Source of the DNA: Gammaproteobacteria bacterium
GTDB taxonomy: Bacteria; Pseudomonadota; Gammaproteobacteria; Enterobacterales; Kangiellaceae
Assembly: GCA_013373545.1 (NCBI GenBank)
Contig: JABXHQ010000004.1
Location: 4,683-68,682, forward strand
Length of the DNA: 64,000 bases
Direction of reading: 5' to 3'
The number at the start of each line of letters is the position of its first letter. The stretch's first letter is position 1. The notes beneath the pieces are model-generated. The model made no database searches. It worked only from the letters and a program-made list of their open reading frames with translations, and was not told the origin of the DNA. Positions 28,401 to 38,756 of this stretch are shown one piece after another. The translations under genes and the position numbers were made by a program.

Positions 28401-28556
28401 TGGATACGGAATAGATACGATAATCCCAGGAAAACTTATCGAAGGGAAGTACTCAAGCGGCAGCAAGCGCGAACCAATTAAACCGGTTACCACAAAGCAG
28501 AGAAAAAACATCATGGTAGTAACGGGGCGCTTTAAAGCTAATGTCGTTAATTTCAT
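25482..28556 (-). CDS. RND efflux permease (AcrB/AcrD/AcrF family), second subunit
   Basis: 'LPLEYFPSI.FP', 'IGMLVDNAVVV', 'GVVVNNGIVLID', 'RLRPILMT'; 1024 aa. Confidence 0.92.
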   Translation of the reverse strand: MKLTTLALKRPVTTMMFFLCFVVTGLIGSRLLPLEYFPSISFPGIIVSIPYPNSSAEQVEEVITRPVEEVLSTMSALRMINSTTSDNRVEIFMQFAWSENPRLKSVEAREKIDAIRDQLPDDLQRFFIVSFTTDNQPMMTLRVSSERDLSNAYDLLDRKLKRPIERIDGVSKVTLYGVDKRQVRIQLDAERVAAHKIDLEQLTQRLREENFNVSAGEITAANSRFRVKPFGEFTDLKSFEEIILNQQGVKLKDIASITLQQPERQEGRHLDQDYAIGLDILRQSSANMVEVASNVLKAIENAENDPAFQGIKLFVMDNQADGITQSLKDISFSGLIGFVFSIIVLYLFLRDIATTLIVALAVPFALAITLASMFFLGVSLNILSMMGLMLAIGMLVDNAVVVTESIFRYQAQYPDDNRKAVIHGVKEVGVAVFAGTLTTAIVFLPNIIGEKVSFTIFLSHVAITIVIALAASLFIALTIIPLLLIKLNISSKQSASPIINRLTDRYEGCLRWMIARPYWATFIALLTLVSIAIPAVFVKKDNFSDDTKRRLFLPYNIDSQYSIERIEKEVDKMEAFLYDNKEFLNIESVYSFYNNNRAESTILLTEGDKVTRSVTEIRKFIEENMPELAIGRPSFDRNRGQQEAIKVFVSGESTEVLRGLSEDVERLIRSIDGVVEARSEAASKDREFRIIVDRIKAQNIGMDPARIANLIAVAMRGQPLRSFRGKDNEIEVMLEYGDQYERSVSDLKFLQLPLPNGEQIPLSAVARFEVKQAANSIRRMDRRTSIGVVASLDDGFTLDEAKKEIEKVMKSLALPDGYQWTLGRAFDQEAQNDNIMVFNMLLAVMMIFVVMAALFESLLFPLAVISSIIYAVVGVYWFFFITGTQLSIMAFIGILVLMGVVVNNGIVLIDHINHLRKQGYSREQAIIQGGRDRLRPILMTVATTILGLIPLSMGDTTIGGGANSPSYYPMARAVIGGLAFSTIVSLLILPSIYIGLDNLRAGWQNLCRQASERAEQWIRLKKTN

Positions 28557-28565
28557 GATATCGTC

Positions 28566-31500
28566 CTATTGCTTGCGATCAACCAATGAATAAAGTACTG
28601 GAATAACCACGAGAGTCAGAAGCGTCGACACAATTAAGCCACCAATTACCGTGATGGCCATTGGGGCTCGAATTTCAGCACCCTCGCCTAACCCAAGCGC
28701 TAACGGTAGCATCCCAAGCGTCGTAGTCAAAGTGGTCATAATAATTGGTCGCAGCCGAGTAGAGCCGGCTTCAAATATAGCTTCCAGTTTATCTTGACCT
28801 TGGGCGCGTAACTGGTTGATTTTGTCGATTAACACAATTGCATTATTTACGACAATGCCCGCAAGCATTATCAATCCGATAAACACCACAACACTGATGG
28901 TCGATTGCGTTAAAAACAACGCATAAACTGCTCCCACCAACGCCAAAGGCACACTGAATATAATAATAAATGGATGTAACAGGGACTCAAATTGCGACGC
29001 CATTACTAGGTAAACTAAAAATATTGCCAGTGCTAACGCGACTTTAAGTGAATTAAAGGAAACTTCCATTTCTTCATTCTGACCGGCTACCACAATTTCG
29101 ACACCCGATACATCCGGTAATTGAGCTACTTCGCGCTGTAACTGCAACGCCGCTTCGCCCAGATCACCATAAGTTAAATTAGCCGAGATAATGGCAACAC
29201 GTTCCTGAGAGATACGATTAATTTCATTGGGACCGATAGCAACCTCAATTGTCGCAATACTCTCTAAAGTAATCGGCCTTGCTGCCAACGGATTAACCAC
29301 AAGATTGCGAATATCGTCAATTGAAGATCGATCGTCTTCTTGCACACGCACTAAGACATCTATTTTACGATCACGAAAGGCGTATTTGGTGGCCACATTT
29401 CCACGAATCTGAGCAACGACATTACGTGCAATGCTGGGCACATTTAAACCAAGTGCAGCGGCACGCTGATGGTCGAACTTGATCTGAATTTCTGGAAAAC
29501 CTTGCTGAATGGTTGACTTAATATCCCCAAAGCGGTCATTAGCTTCCAACAACTCGACTAACCGATCATTCTGCTCCTTAACTTTATCTAAGTTATAGCC
29601 ATAGATCTCAACTTCGAGTGGTGTTTTAAAGGTAAATAAAGCTGGCTTTTCAATCTTCACTTCGATATCTGGAATACTGGCTAATCGCTCACGTAACGCT
29701 GCCGTCACACTGGCTTCTTTCGCTTCGGTAAATGGACGCGAAATAACAACATTAACCTCAGCGCGATTCTCACCACCTTTCTCAGGACTCGAGTCTAGTC
29801 GATTACCACTACCTGTCACAGAGTAGGTATGAGCAATTCCGGGAATTTCGTTCGCCAAACGATGAACCGACATAACGATTTTGTCAGTCTCCTCGATTGG
29901 AGTTCCAGCAGGCGCTTGAATTTCAACAATTAACTCTCCTTGTGAAAGAGACGGAATTAACTCAACACCAATTTTACCTAGTAACGCAATACTGGATGCG
30001 AAGGATGCGATAGCCACAACCAATACTATAAATCGATGCTGTAATGACCATGGCAATAACTTTCGGTAACCATTTTCTAACCCATTGTAAAACCAGTTAA
30101 AAGGAACAACCAGAAGCTGCATGAACAGCCGAAGTAGAATACTGATGCCTTTAAATAATGCAGTAAACAAAGTGGCGAAAAACGGAATTATCACTTTAAA
30201 AATAAAGTGAAATGGCCACATAAAAATTCTTGCAACAATACCTCGTTCCTCGCGCTCAGCGACGTCCTCTGAACTTAACTGATACGGCTGTTTAATTCCT
30301 CCCCGAGCGGAAACCATGGGTATCACGGTGAGGGCCATTAGTAGCGAAATAATTAAAGCAAAAGTTACGGTTAGGGCTTGGTCACTGAATAACTGACCAG
30401 CGATTCCCTCAACAAAAACTAACGGTAAAAATACAGCAATCGTGGTCATTGTGGCAGCAAAGATTGCTCCAGCAACTTCTGAGGCACCTTCACGAGCAGC
30501 AGTGACTTGATCAAGCCCTTGCTCTTTTTTACGAGCTATGTTTTCCAATACGACAATCGCATTGTCGACTAGCAAACCAACAGCTAACGCTAAACCACCC
30601 AAAGACATAAGATTTAAAGTGATACCAAACTTATACATCAAATTAAAGCTTATGATCACTGAAATGGGTATCGCTAGAGATATAATCAATGTCGACTTAA
30701 AGTTACGCAAAAACAAATACAGAACAAGCATAGCTAACAACCCACCGATGAACGCATTTTGCAGCACTTCGTTAATTGCGTTTTCGATGAAAGTTGACTG
30801 ATTATAAAGTTCATCAACTTTTATAGAATCACTTAAGCTCTTCTTAATAAAATTTAAACGCGACGAAACTCTTTCGGCTACCGATACGGTATTGGCATCA
30901 CCTTCTTTATAAATGGCAATTTCTACCGCTTCATTGCCGCTAAAACGAGTTATCGCTTCACGTTCTTTAAATCGCTGCTGAACAGTTGCGATGTCCTTAA
31001 GAAATATCGGTTTTCCATTTACAATCGTAATGATTGAGTTAGCAATCTCGTCAATACTTTGATATTGATTTATCGTGCGTACTAAGAACTGCTGAGTGCC
31101 TTCATCGAGACGGCCTCCCGAAAGGTTTACGTTCTCAGCCTGTAAGCGACTAGCCACTTGCTCAATCGACAGATTTATTTGACTGAGCTTCTGTTGGTCG
31201 ACCAATACTTGAACTTCATCTTCAAGACCACCACTTACTTTAACCGCGGCAACCCCTTCAATGGACTCAATGCGTCGCTTGATCTCTTCATCAGCAAGGC
31301 GACGTAATTCAATTAACTCAGATTCGGTTAAAGTTTCTTTCTCATTATCGTCGAAAGTGAGCGATAAGCGAATGATAGGCGCTAGAGTTGGATTAAAACG
31401 TAATAAGCTTGGTCGAGGTACATCTAATGGCAAATTAACCACATCGAGTTTTTCACGAACATCCAAACCGGCCATTCCCATATCCGTTCCCCAGTTGAAC

Positions 31501-31793
31501 TCGAGAATAACATCGGATTGTCCAGCTTTTGATGTTGAGCGAATTTGACGCAAATTACGTACAACACCGATCGACTCTTCAATTGGCTTAGTTATTAAAT
31601 TTTCAACTTCTGAGGGAGCTGCACCTGTGTATTCAGTTCTAATAGTTAAGGTGGGATAGGAAAGATCAGGTAGTAATGTTAAACCTAATCTGCCTAACAA
31701 AACAAAACCGAAAATACATAAGGCCAGTGTAAACATGAAGACCGTAACTGGCCGTCTCGTTGAAGTCTCAACGACAGATGCAGTGAAGCTCAT
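28566..31793 (-). CDS. RND efflux permease (AcrB/AcrD/AcrF family), first subunit
   Basis: 'LLPDLSYP', 'VGLLVDNAIVV', 'GIVVNNAIVLID', 'RLRPIIMTT'; 1075 aa. Confidence 0.92.
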   Translation of the reverse strand: MSFTASVVETSTRRPVTVFMFTLALCIFGFVLLGRLGLTLLPDLSYPTLTIRTEYTGAAPSEVENLITKPIEESIGVVRNLRQIRSTSKAGQSDVILEFNWGTDMGMAGLDVREKLDVVNLPLDVPRPSLLRFNPTLAPIIRLSLTFDDNEKETLTESELIELRRLADEEIKRRIESIEGVAAVKVSGGLEDEVQVLVDQQKLSQINLSIEQVASRLQAENVNLSGGRLDEGTQQFLVRTINQYQSIDEIANSIITIVNGKPIFLKDIATVQQRFKEREAITRFSGNEAVEIAIYKEGDANTVSVAERVSSRLNFIKKSLSDSIKVDELYNQSTFIENAINEVLQNAFIGGLLAMLVLYLFLRNFKSTLIISLAIPISVIISFNLMYKFGITLNLMSLGGLALAVGLLVDNAIVVLENIARKKEQGLDQVTAAREGASEVAGAIFAATMTTIAVFLPLVFVEGIAGQLFSDQALTVTFALIISLLMALTVIPMVSARGGIKQPYQLSSEDVAEREERGIVARIFMWPFHFIFKVIIPFFATLFTALFKGISILLRLFMQLLVVPFNWFYNGLENGYRKLLPWSLQHRFIVLVVAIASFASSIALLGKIGVELIPSLSQGELIVEIQAPAGTPIEETDKIVMSVHRLANEIPGIAHTYSVTGSGNRLDSSPEKGGENRAEVNVVISRPFTEAKEASVTAALRERLASIPDIEVKIEKPALFTFKTPLEVEIYGYNLDKVKEQNDRLVELLEANDRFGDIKSTIQQGFPEIQIKFDHQRAAALGLNVPSIARNVVAQIRGNVATKYAFRDRKIDVLVRVQEDDRSSIDDIRNLVVNPLAARPITLESIATIEVAIGPNEINRISQERVAIISANLTYGDLGEAALQLQREVAQLPDVSGVEIVVAGQNEEMEVSFNSLKVALALAIFLVYLVMASQFESLLHPFIIIFSVPLALVGAVYALFLTQSTISVVVFIGLIMLAGIVVNNAIVLIDKINQLRAQGQDKLEAIFEAGSTRLRPIIMTTLTTTLGMLPLALGLGEGAEIRAPMAITVIGGLIVSTLLTLVVIPVLYSLVDRKQ

Positions 31794-31830
31794 GGAATTC
31801 CCCGTGGTTATAATTTTTATCAGTTGTTAA

Positions 31831-32925
31831 TTAGTTGTCTAGTTTCGCTATTTCTTTATTTGACTCTTTACGATTGAGCACATTGACTTTACTAGCATTT
31901 TTAAGGCTATTTTGGCCTGCTGTTACAACTAAATCACCTTGATCCAAACCAGAGGTAATCTCTACATAATTACTATTTTCAAAGCCTAACTTTACCGCTT
32001 GTTTCTCAGCTTTTTCCCCCGACACTACGAATACTGTTGGCTTGTCTTCTTCGGCAATTAAAGCCGCTTTACTTACCAATAGCGTGTCTTTGTGGTTTGC
32101 GTATACGACATTTACTCGGCCAAACATACCCGAACGTAATGTTGAGTCAGGATCGTTCACTTCCACCGTAACTTTGAAGGTACCGCTGGTTGCATCGACA
32201 ACGGGAGAGATCCGAAGTACTTGGCCGGCGAAAACTTTATCTAAGTTTGCATCCACTTTAACCTGTGCAAACTGTCCTTTTTGAATTTTGAACAACTCTC
32301 GCTCAGGTACATGGATGACCGCCAATAAGGGATCAAAGTCAGAGATACGAAATAGCGGGTCATTTAATTTAACCATGTTGCCTACTTTGATCATACGCTC
32401 TGAAACCACACCAGAAATAGGCGCTCGAATAGTACCGTAATCAAGTTGCAATTTGGCCAGCTCATAAGCAGCTTGCTGAGCTTGATAATCGAACTTCAAT
32501 CGCTCGTATACGTCAGAGCTCACCATTTTTTTCTCGTAGATGCGTTGGTTACGATCCAACTCCGCTTTGAGTCGCTTTAAGTTTGCTTGTGCTTGCATCA
32601 ACTCCAGCTGCATTTTTTCTGTATTTAAGCGTGCGAGTACTTGGCCAGCAACAACGCTATCGCCTTCTTCAACCAAGATATCCGTGATAATTTCACTCGC
32701 TTTCGCCACCACCAAAGCTTCTTCTTCAGCTTCTAGCGTTGTGGTATTGGAATAAACCGCATTGATATCACCGCGTACCACCTCTGCCACTTCAACAGGT
32801 ACAGCCGGCTCTTCTTTTTTCTTCGCTTCGGCTTCTTCTCCAAGCTTTACATCAGCACTGCAACCGATCAAAGCTACGGAGGCCAACAGCGTTGATAAAG
32901 CAAACGTCTTAATTCGAGATTCCAT
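31831..32925 (-). CDS. RND periplasmic adaptor (membrane fusion protein), lipoprotein
   Basis: Lipobox 'ALIGC'; 'VEEGDSVVAGQVLARL', 'IRAPISGVVSER', 'ISPVVDATSGT', 'LRSGMF'. Confidence 0.92.
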   Translation of the reverse strand: MESRIKTFALSTLLASVALIGCSADVKLGEEAEAKKKEEPAVPVEVAEVVRGDINAVYSNTTTLEAEEEALVVAKASEIITDILVEEGDSVVAGQVLARLNTEKMQLELMQAQANLKRLKAELDRNQRIYEKKMVSSDVYERLKFDYQAQQAAYELAKLQLDYGTIRAPISGVVSERMIKVGNMVKLNDPLFRISDFDPLLAVIHVPERELFKIQKGQFAQVKVDANLDKVFAGQVLRISPVVDATSGTFKVTVEVNDPDSTLRSGMFGRVNVVYANHKDTLLVSKAALIAEEDKPTVFVVSGEKAEKQAVKLGFENSNYVEITSGLDQGDLVVTAGQNSLKNASKVNVLNRKESNKEIAKLDN

Positions 32926-33364
32926 GGTTGATTCCTATATTTAATTGTCTGAGCGCTGCTCAATAGGTGTTATATTAACATATAACACTACATCACCAAA
33001 ACACAAGCTGATAAATGTAAATGACTGTTACCTTTTACGGCTCACACAGGTTAGCCAAGTTGGGTAAATCAGCCTGCGGTTCTTAAGCACTTTTTACGCC
33101 AAAATATAACCATTTGTTTTATAAGGAAATAGTTCCTTACTTATGGCGATACGGTCAGTTGTTAAGTGACCAATTTCGACACTTATTAGTCAGATACGAC
33201 GATAATCGTGTTTAGACGCGCGGAAATGTTAAAAAGTATGTCAAAGCAAGCTTAAGCACTAAGCTTTGCGGCAAGTCAGTTGTATTTCGAGAGAGAAACA
33301 ATTAGTTTGGTAGCCCCGTTATCAACCTAAATGAACAGCGTTTACTTACAAGGACATTTAAACC

Positions 33365-34909
33365 ATGAGTTTTCCTACTCCGACCGTAATCCAACAATGG
33401 TCCCAAGCAAGCGATTTTGACGCTGTGGTGTTAGTCTCGCCACAGACTCGATGTGAAATTAGTTCAGAGCTCAATAGCGCTATTGAGCAAGCCGCAAAAG
33501 CGGATGCGCGTATTGGTCAAGATACTGTGTTACTACACACGACGGCAGCTCCAGGACAACGATTAATCGTTAGCGCTCCAGCCAGTTTGCAACAAGACGT
33601 CGCAGATGTACGTCACTTTGGTGATGCCGCAAAAAAGGGAGTTGAGCTTGCTAAAAGCGCGGGTGCAAAAGCGCCACTGTTAGTGATCGAAGGCGTCCCG
33701 GCCGATAACAAATTTGCGCAAGCGCTTGCGGTAAGCTTTCTGTCAGCTTGCCAAGCACTTTGGAAGCCGCTGGAAGCGCGCGAAGCGCGTGCTGAAGCAG
33801 AGCTTGAGCCGATTACCACAATCGGCCTGTTTGATCCTAACCAAGCCGTCAATCTCGAGTTTCTAATGGCAACCGAAAGTGGCCGCCGCCTCGCGCGCGA
33901 TCTCTGTGGCACTGAACCCGAGCGCATGGCGCCTCCACGCTTTGCCGAGTACTGTGAAAAAGCCTTCGCAGGCAGCCCAGTAAGCGTTACTGTAGAGTCT
34001 AATCCGGATGATTTATTAAAACAGTATCCACTGCTTCACGCCGTTGCGCGAGCATCACTTAGTGTGGAGCGTCACCACCCGCGAGTGATCCATCTCGAAT
34101 ACCAAGGCGAAGGTCCGATCGAACAAACCTTAATGTTAGTAGGCAAGGCCGTCACCTATGATACCGGTGGAGCGGATTTAAAAGTCGGTGGACACATGGC
34201 AGGCATGAGCCGAGATAAAGGCGGTGCAGCAGCCGTTGCTGGTTTTATGCAAGCAGTCGCAAAGCTGCAACCAAAAGGTCTCAAAGTGATTGCAAAAATT
34301 GGTGCTGTGCGAAACAGCATTGGCGCTGATTGTTTTGTCGCCGATGAAATCATTACTGCTCACTCCGGCAAACGGGTTCGTATCGGAAATACTGACGCTG
34401 AAGGACGACTGGTTATGTGTGATCTCCTTTCGCACTGTCGAGCGCAAGCGCTCAATGAAGTTCGTCCAAGTCTATTTACCATTGCGACGTTAACCGGTCA
34501 TGCCGCCCTGACCGCAGGACCTTACACGATTTATGTAGAAAATGGTCCCGCCCGTGCAGAGCGTCTCGCCAGCCGCTTACAAGATAAGGGCGAGCTTTGG
34601 GGTGATTGCGGTGAACTTAGTCGTCCACGCCGTGAAGACTGGAATATCATTCGAGCGCGCAGCGAAGCCGATGATGTATTATCGAGCAACAATGGCCCTT
34701 CGGTCTCGATTGCTCGTGGTCATCAATTTCCGATGGCCTTCCTCAGCTTAGCATCCGGTCTCGATCAACATGGCCAATTTGCTGACACACCAATTCCATA
34801 TTGCCATATTGATATTGCCGGTAGTGGCGTTGAGAGTGGTGATTGGCAGCACGATAAACCAACCGCTGCGCCAGTTGTGGCACTTGCCAGTACTTTTTTA
34901 CTAAGCTAG
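33365..34909 (+). CDS. M17 family leucyl aminopeptidase
   Basis: Metal-binding motifs 'GKAVTYDTGG', 'RDKGGAA', 'NTDAEGR'; 'HIDIAGS'. Confidence 0.9.
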   Translation: MSFPTPTVIQQWSQASDFDAVVLVSPQTRCEISSELNSAIEQAAKADARIGQDTVLLHTTAAPGQRLIVSAPASLQQDVADVRHFGDAAKKGVELAKSAGAKAPLLVIEGVPADNKFAQALAVSFLSACQALWKPLEAREARAEAELEPITTIGLFDPNQAVNLEFLMATESGRRLARDLCGTEPERMAPPRFAEYCEKAFAGSPVSVTVESNPDDLLKQYPLLHAVARASLSVERHHPRVIHLEYQGEGPIEQTLMLVGKAVTYDTGGADLKVGGHMAGMSRDKGGAAAVAGFMQAVAKLQPKGLKVIAKIGAVRNSIGADCFVADEIITAHSGKRVRIGNTDAEGRLVMCDLLSHCRAQALNEVRPSLFTIATLTGHAALTAGPYTIYVENGPARAERLASRLQDKGELWGDCGELSRPRREDWNIIRARSEADDVLSSNNGPSVSIARGHQFPMAFLSLASGLDQHGQFADTPIPYCHIDIAGSGVESGDWQHDKPTAAPVVALASTFLLS

Positions 34910-34916
34910 CCTTAAA

Positions 34917-34946
34917 TCGTCGTGATACTCTTGGGTATCACGACGA
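34917..34946. terminator. Bidirectional terminator between the convergent aminopeptidase and dnaE genes
   Basis: TCGTCGTGATAC / GTATCACGACGA 12-bp inverted repeat. Confidence 0.75.
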
Positions 34947-34952
34947 GTTTAC

Positions 34953-37900
34953 TTAATACTCGAGCGTGGCCTTGGCACAGCCATCAATCCCTTCCAGTTG
35001 ATAAATCAAATCATCCGTCGGCTGAACCCGCCAAGCATCACCCAAAGCAATATGTGCTACATGCCCATTGAGGTAATAACGAAATTTAATTGGTGTCTGG
35101 CCATTTAAACACGGCTTTATAAAACGCAGCATTTGCTCCGCAATATTGGGCGCGGCTTGCTCGTTCTGTATGTCAATAATTAACCCTTTCGCATACTGTT
35201 CACGTGCAGTCACAAAGTCATAAAGAGCAACTGTGTTGATCCGCAGACCACCACTAAAGTCATCAAATTTCACATCACCTTCAGCAATGATGATGTTATC
35301 AACTTTGAGTTGCTCTTTATAATCTTCATAAATATTAGCGCCGACAAATAACGTAATACGCCCACTCTTATCATCGATGGTAACAATGGCAAAGCGATCG
35401 CCACGTTTATTGGTTCTTACCATCACGTCCATGACTAAACCCGATGTTTTTACGTTTTCACCACGTCGAGTCGGCTGTAATTGATTAATCCGATTGGGGA
35501 CAAAGCTTTTCAATTCAGCGAGATATCGGTCAATTGGATGGCCGGTTAAATACAGTCCAAGCGTTTCTTTTTCTCCCTGTAAAACCAGCTCTTCCGGCCA
35601 AGGTCGAACTCTTGCCCAGTTCAATTCACCCGTTGATGTGTCAGCGGTAAATGCTTCTCCAAATAAATCATCCTGCCCAATTGCAGCCGCTTTATTTTGT
35701 TGATCCGCTGCTTTAATCGCCTCGTCCAAACTCGCCATTAGCACGCTACGATTTGGTCCTAGCTGATCCAAAGCTCCCGCTTTGATAAGATTTTCGATGG
35801 TTCGGCGATTAACCTTACGTAAATCAACGCGACGACAAAAATCAAACAAATCGGTAAACATCCCATTTGCTTTTCGTTCATTAACAAAGCTTTCAATCGC
35901 ACCTTCACCGACACCTTTGATAGCGCCAATCCCATAGATAATGGTATTTTCATCTGTGACCGTAAATTTATACTCGCCTTGATTGACATCGGGCGGCATT
36001 ATTTTAATTTGATGCTGTAAACAATCATCGACAAAGGTCACCACTTTATCAGTGTTGTCCATATCCGCCGACATTACCGCGGCCATAAAGGCAGCCGGAT
36101 AATGGGCTTTTAAAAACGCCGTTTGGTAAGCAACCAATGCGTAAGCTGCAGAGTGAGATTTATTAAATCCATAGCCCGCGAACTTTTCAACCAAGTCAAA
36201 AATATTCATCGCTAACTCGGGATCAATACCTAAACCTTCCGCCCCCTCAGCAAAAATGGAGCGCTGCTTTGCCATCTCTTCCGGTTTCTTTTTACCCATT
36301 GCTCGACGCAGCAAATCGGCGCCACCGAGACTGTAACCGGCCAACACCTGAGCAATCTGCATTACCTGCTCTTGGTATACGATAACCCCATAAGTTGGCT
36401 CCAGAATCGGTTGTAGTGAATCGTGTTGATAATCCGGATGAGGGTAAGAAACTTCGGCACGGCCATGCTTTCGATTGATGAAATCATCAACCATCCCAGA
36501 CTGTAATGGTCCAGGTCTAAATAACGCTACAAGCGCGATAATATCTTCAAAATTGCTCGGTTGCAGTCGATCAATCAGATTCTTCATTCCTTGCGATTCC
36601 AGCTGGAAAACCGCGGTCGTATCAGAAGCCTTGAGCAAGTCAAAGGTCGGTTTGTCTTCTAATGGAATATGATTGATGTCGAGCGGCTCTTGATTTTTTT
36701 CCGCGCGCAAACGATTCACAATTTCCATTGCCCAATCGACAATGGTTAGGGTCTTCAAGCCCAAAAAGTCGAACTTAACTAAGCCTGCTTTTTCAACATC
36801 ATCTTTATCAAACTGGGCAACCAGCCCGCTATAATCTTCGTCACAGTAAATTGCGGTAAAGTCCGTGAGTGTTGTCGGTGATATAACAACACCTCCGGCG
36901 TGTTTTCCTGCTTGACGAATTATTCCCTCGAGTGACTTTGCCATCTCCCAAACTTCTTGCGCTTCTTCATCTTGCTCTATCGCGTCGACGAGCTCAGGCG
37001 CTTCTTCCAAAGCTTTAGCAAGTGTCATTCCGGGCGTTGGCGGAATTAATTTAGAAAGTCTATCGGCTAATCCATAAGGTTTACCTAAGACACGTGCAAC
37101 ATCACGTACCACCGCTTTTGCCGCCATCGTACCAAAGGTAATAATTTGCGAAACCGCATCACGGCCATAAGTCTCGGCCACATAATCGATAACGCGGTCT
37201 CGACCATCCATACAGAAATCAACATCAAAATCAGGCATCGAAACCCGCTCAGGATTCAAAAACCGTTCAAATAGCAAATCGTAAGCGAGTGGATCAAGAT
37301 CGGTGATTTTAAGTGCATAAGCAACTAAGGATCCGGCGCCTGAACCACGCCCCGGTCCCACCGGAACATCGTTGTCTTTGGCCCATTGAATAAAGTCGGC
37401 AACAATTAAGAAGTAGCCAGGAAATCCCATTTGATTGATAACGTTCAACTCAATCTCAAGCCGCTCATCATAAGCTTGACGCTGCTCGGCAAAATCGGCA
37501 GATTGAGGGTCAAACAACACACTTAAGCGCTCTTCCAAACCTTCGCGACTAACCTTACACAAGTACTCAGCTTCATCCATATCACCGGTGGGAAACTTGG
37601 GTAGATAATAGGTCCCTAGCTTTAATTTGACTGAACAACGTTTCGCAATTTCAACGGTATTTTCAATCGCTTCGGGTATATCGGAAAACAGCTCGATCAT
37701 TTCTTCAGCGGTTTTTAAATATTGCTGATCGGTAAATAACCGTGGCCGTTCCGGATCTTCAAGTACGCGTCCCATCCCAATACAAACCCGCGCTTCATGC
37801 GGAATAAAATCTTCTTGGGTTAAAAAGTGTACATCATTGGTAGCGACCACTGGCGTGCTAGAGCCGAGGGCAAGCCCAACGGCTGCATGAATATAATCTT

Positions 37901-38429
37901 CTTCATTCTCGCGCCCGGTTCGCTGCAACTCAAGATAATAGCGATTATGGAAAAAACTGTTCCAAAAACCCAGCAACTCGGCTGCTAAATCCATATTGCC
38001 GGCTAACAAGGCTCTTCCTACATCGCCTTCGCGACCACCTGAGAGAACGATCAAACCGTCGTTCCACTGCTCTAACCAGTCACGCTTTACGATGGGTTTA
38101 CCGCGCTGCTGATTCGTGGTGTAGGCTTCGGAAATAATTCGCTTAAGATTAGTGTAACCATCATCATTCATACACAGCAAAACAATGCGGAAAGGCTCTT
38201 TACCCGAGGCATCACATTCAACCCATAAATCACAGCCGATGATCGGCTTTAAGCCATTGCTTTGAGCTTCAGTATAAAACCGAACCAACCCACAAATATT
38301 ATTTTGATCGGTTAATGCTAGAGCAGGCTGCTCATAAGCCGCCGCTTGCTTAATAAGAGGCTTAATTCGACATAACCCATTGGTCATCGAATATTCAGTA
38401 TGTACACGCAAATGCACAAATGAGGTCAT
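34953..38429 (-). CDS. dnaE: DNA polymerase III alpha subunit
   Basis: PHP '[11 protein letters not shown]'; '[10 protein letters not shown]', '[11 protein letters not shown]', 'KFDFLGL', 'GYGFNKSH'. Confidence 0.97.
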   Translation of the reverse strand: MTSFVHLRVHTEYSMTNGLCRIKPLIKQAAAYEQPALALTDQNNICGLVRFYTEAQSNGLKPIIGCDLWVECDASGKEPFRIVLLCMNDDGYTNLKRIISEAYTTNQQRGKPIVKRDWLEQWNDGLIVLSGGREGDVGRALLAGNMDLAAELLGFWNSFFHNRYYLELQRTGRENEEDYIHAAVGLALGSSTPVVATNDVHFLTQEDFIPHEARVCIGMGRVLEDPERPRLFTDQQYLKTAEEMIELFSDIPEAIENTVEIAKRCSVKLKLGTYYLPKFPTGDMDEAEYLCKVSREGLEERLSVLFDPQSADFAEQRQAYDERLEIELNVINQMGFPGYFLIVADFIQWAKDNDVPVGPGRGSGAGSLVAYALKITDLDPLAYDLLFERFLNPERVSMPDFDVDFCMDGRDRVIDYVAETYGRDAVSQIITFGTMAAKAVVRDVARVLGKPYGLADRLSKLIPPTPGMTLAKALEEAPELVDAIEQDEEAQEVWEMAKSLEGIIRQAGKHAGGVVISPTTLTDFTAIYCDEDYSGLVAQFDKDDVEKAGLVKFDFLGLKTLTIVDWAMEIVNRLRAEKNQEPLDINHIPLEDKPTFDLLKASDTTAVFQLESQGMKNLIDRLQPSNFEDIIALVALFRPGPLQSGMVDDFINRKHGRAEVSYPHPDYQHDSLQPILEPTYGVIVYQEQVMQIAQVLAGYSLGGADLLRRAMGKKKPEEMAKQRSIFAEGAEGLGIDPELAMNIFDLVEKFAGYGFNKSHSAAYALVAYQTAFLKAHYPAAFMAAVMSADMDNTDKVVTFVDDCLQHQIKIMPPDVNQGEYKFTVTDENTIIYGIGAIKGVGEGAIESFVNERKANGMFTDLFDFCRRVDLRKVNRRTIENLIKAGALDQLGPNRSVLMASLDEAIKAADQQNKAAAIGQDDLFGEAFTADTSTGELNWARVRPWPEELVLQGEKETLGLYLTGHPIDRYLAELKSFVPNRINQLQPTRRGENVKTSGLVMDVMVRTNKRGDRFAIVTIDDKSGRITLFVGANIYEDYKEQLKVDNIIIAEGDVKFDDFSGGLRINTVALYDFVTAREQYAKGLIIDIQNEQAAPNIAEQMLRFIKPCLNGQTPIKFRYYLNGHVAHIALGDAWRVQPTDDLIYQLEGIDGCAKATLEY

Positions 38430-38515
38430 AAACTTAGCCTAAATCGTAAAAGTTTGAATTCGCATACTAAGCCAATACCTTGCAGAAAGGTAGGCTTGAC
38501 ATTCGATTAAAGTCG

Positions 38516-38743
38516 TCAGATTGACGCCTTGGGTAAGTCGGCAATTTTAATAAAGCGCGGCTGTGGTTCGCCATCGACATCTACGCTCTGAGTAAACATA
38601 GTCAATGGACGTACAAACCACTGCTGATCACCATAAAGAGGAAAATACACAACCAGCATTTCTTCTGTCTCAGAGTGGCGAGCCATACCCATTACATGAT
38701 ACTCGCCGCCTTTAAAATGACGATAAATTCCCGGCTCAATCAT
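38516..38743 (-). CDS. DUF1653 family small protein
   Basis: 'GIYRHFKGGEY.V...ARHSET.E.LVVY..LYG....VRP..MF'. Start set at ATG 38743. Confidence 0.85.
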   Translation of the reverse strand: MIEPGIYRHFKGGEYHVMGMARHSETEEMLVVYFPLYGDQQWFVRPLTMFTQSVDVDGEPQPRFIKIADLPKASI

Positions 38744-38756
38744 CAGTATTCCCCCT

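Noticed and set aside
16330-38429. Inteins or introns in polB or dnaE
   Set aside because: Lengths (812 and 1158 aa) are normal and no splicing motifs were seen.
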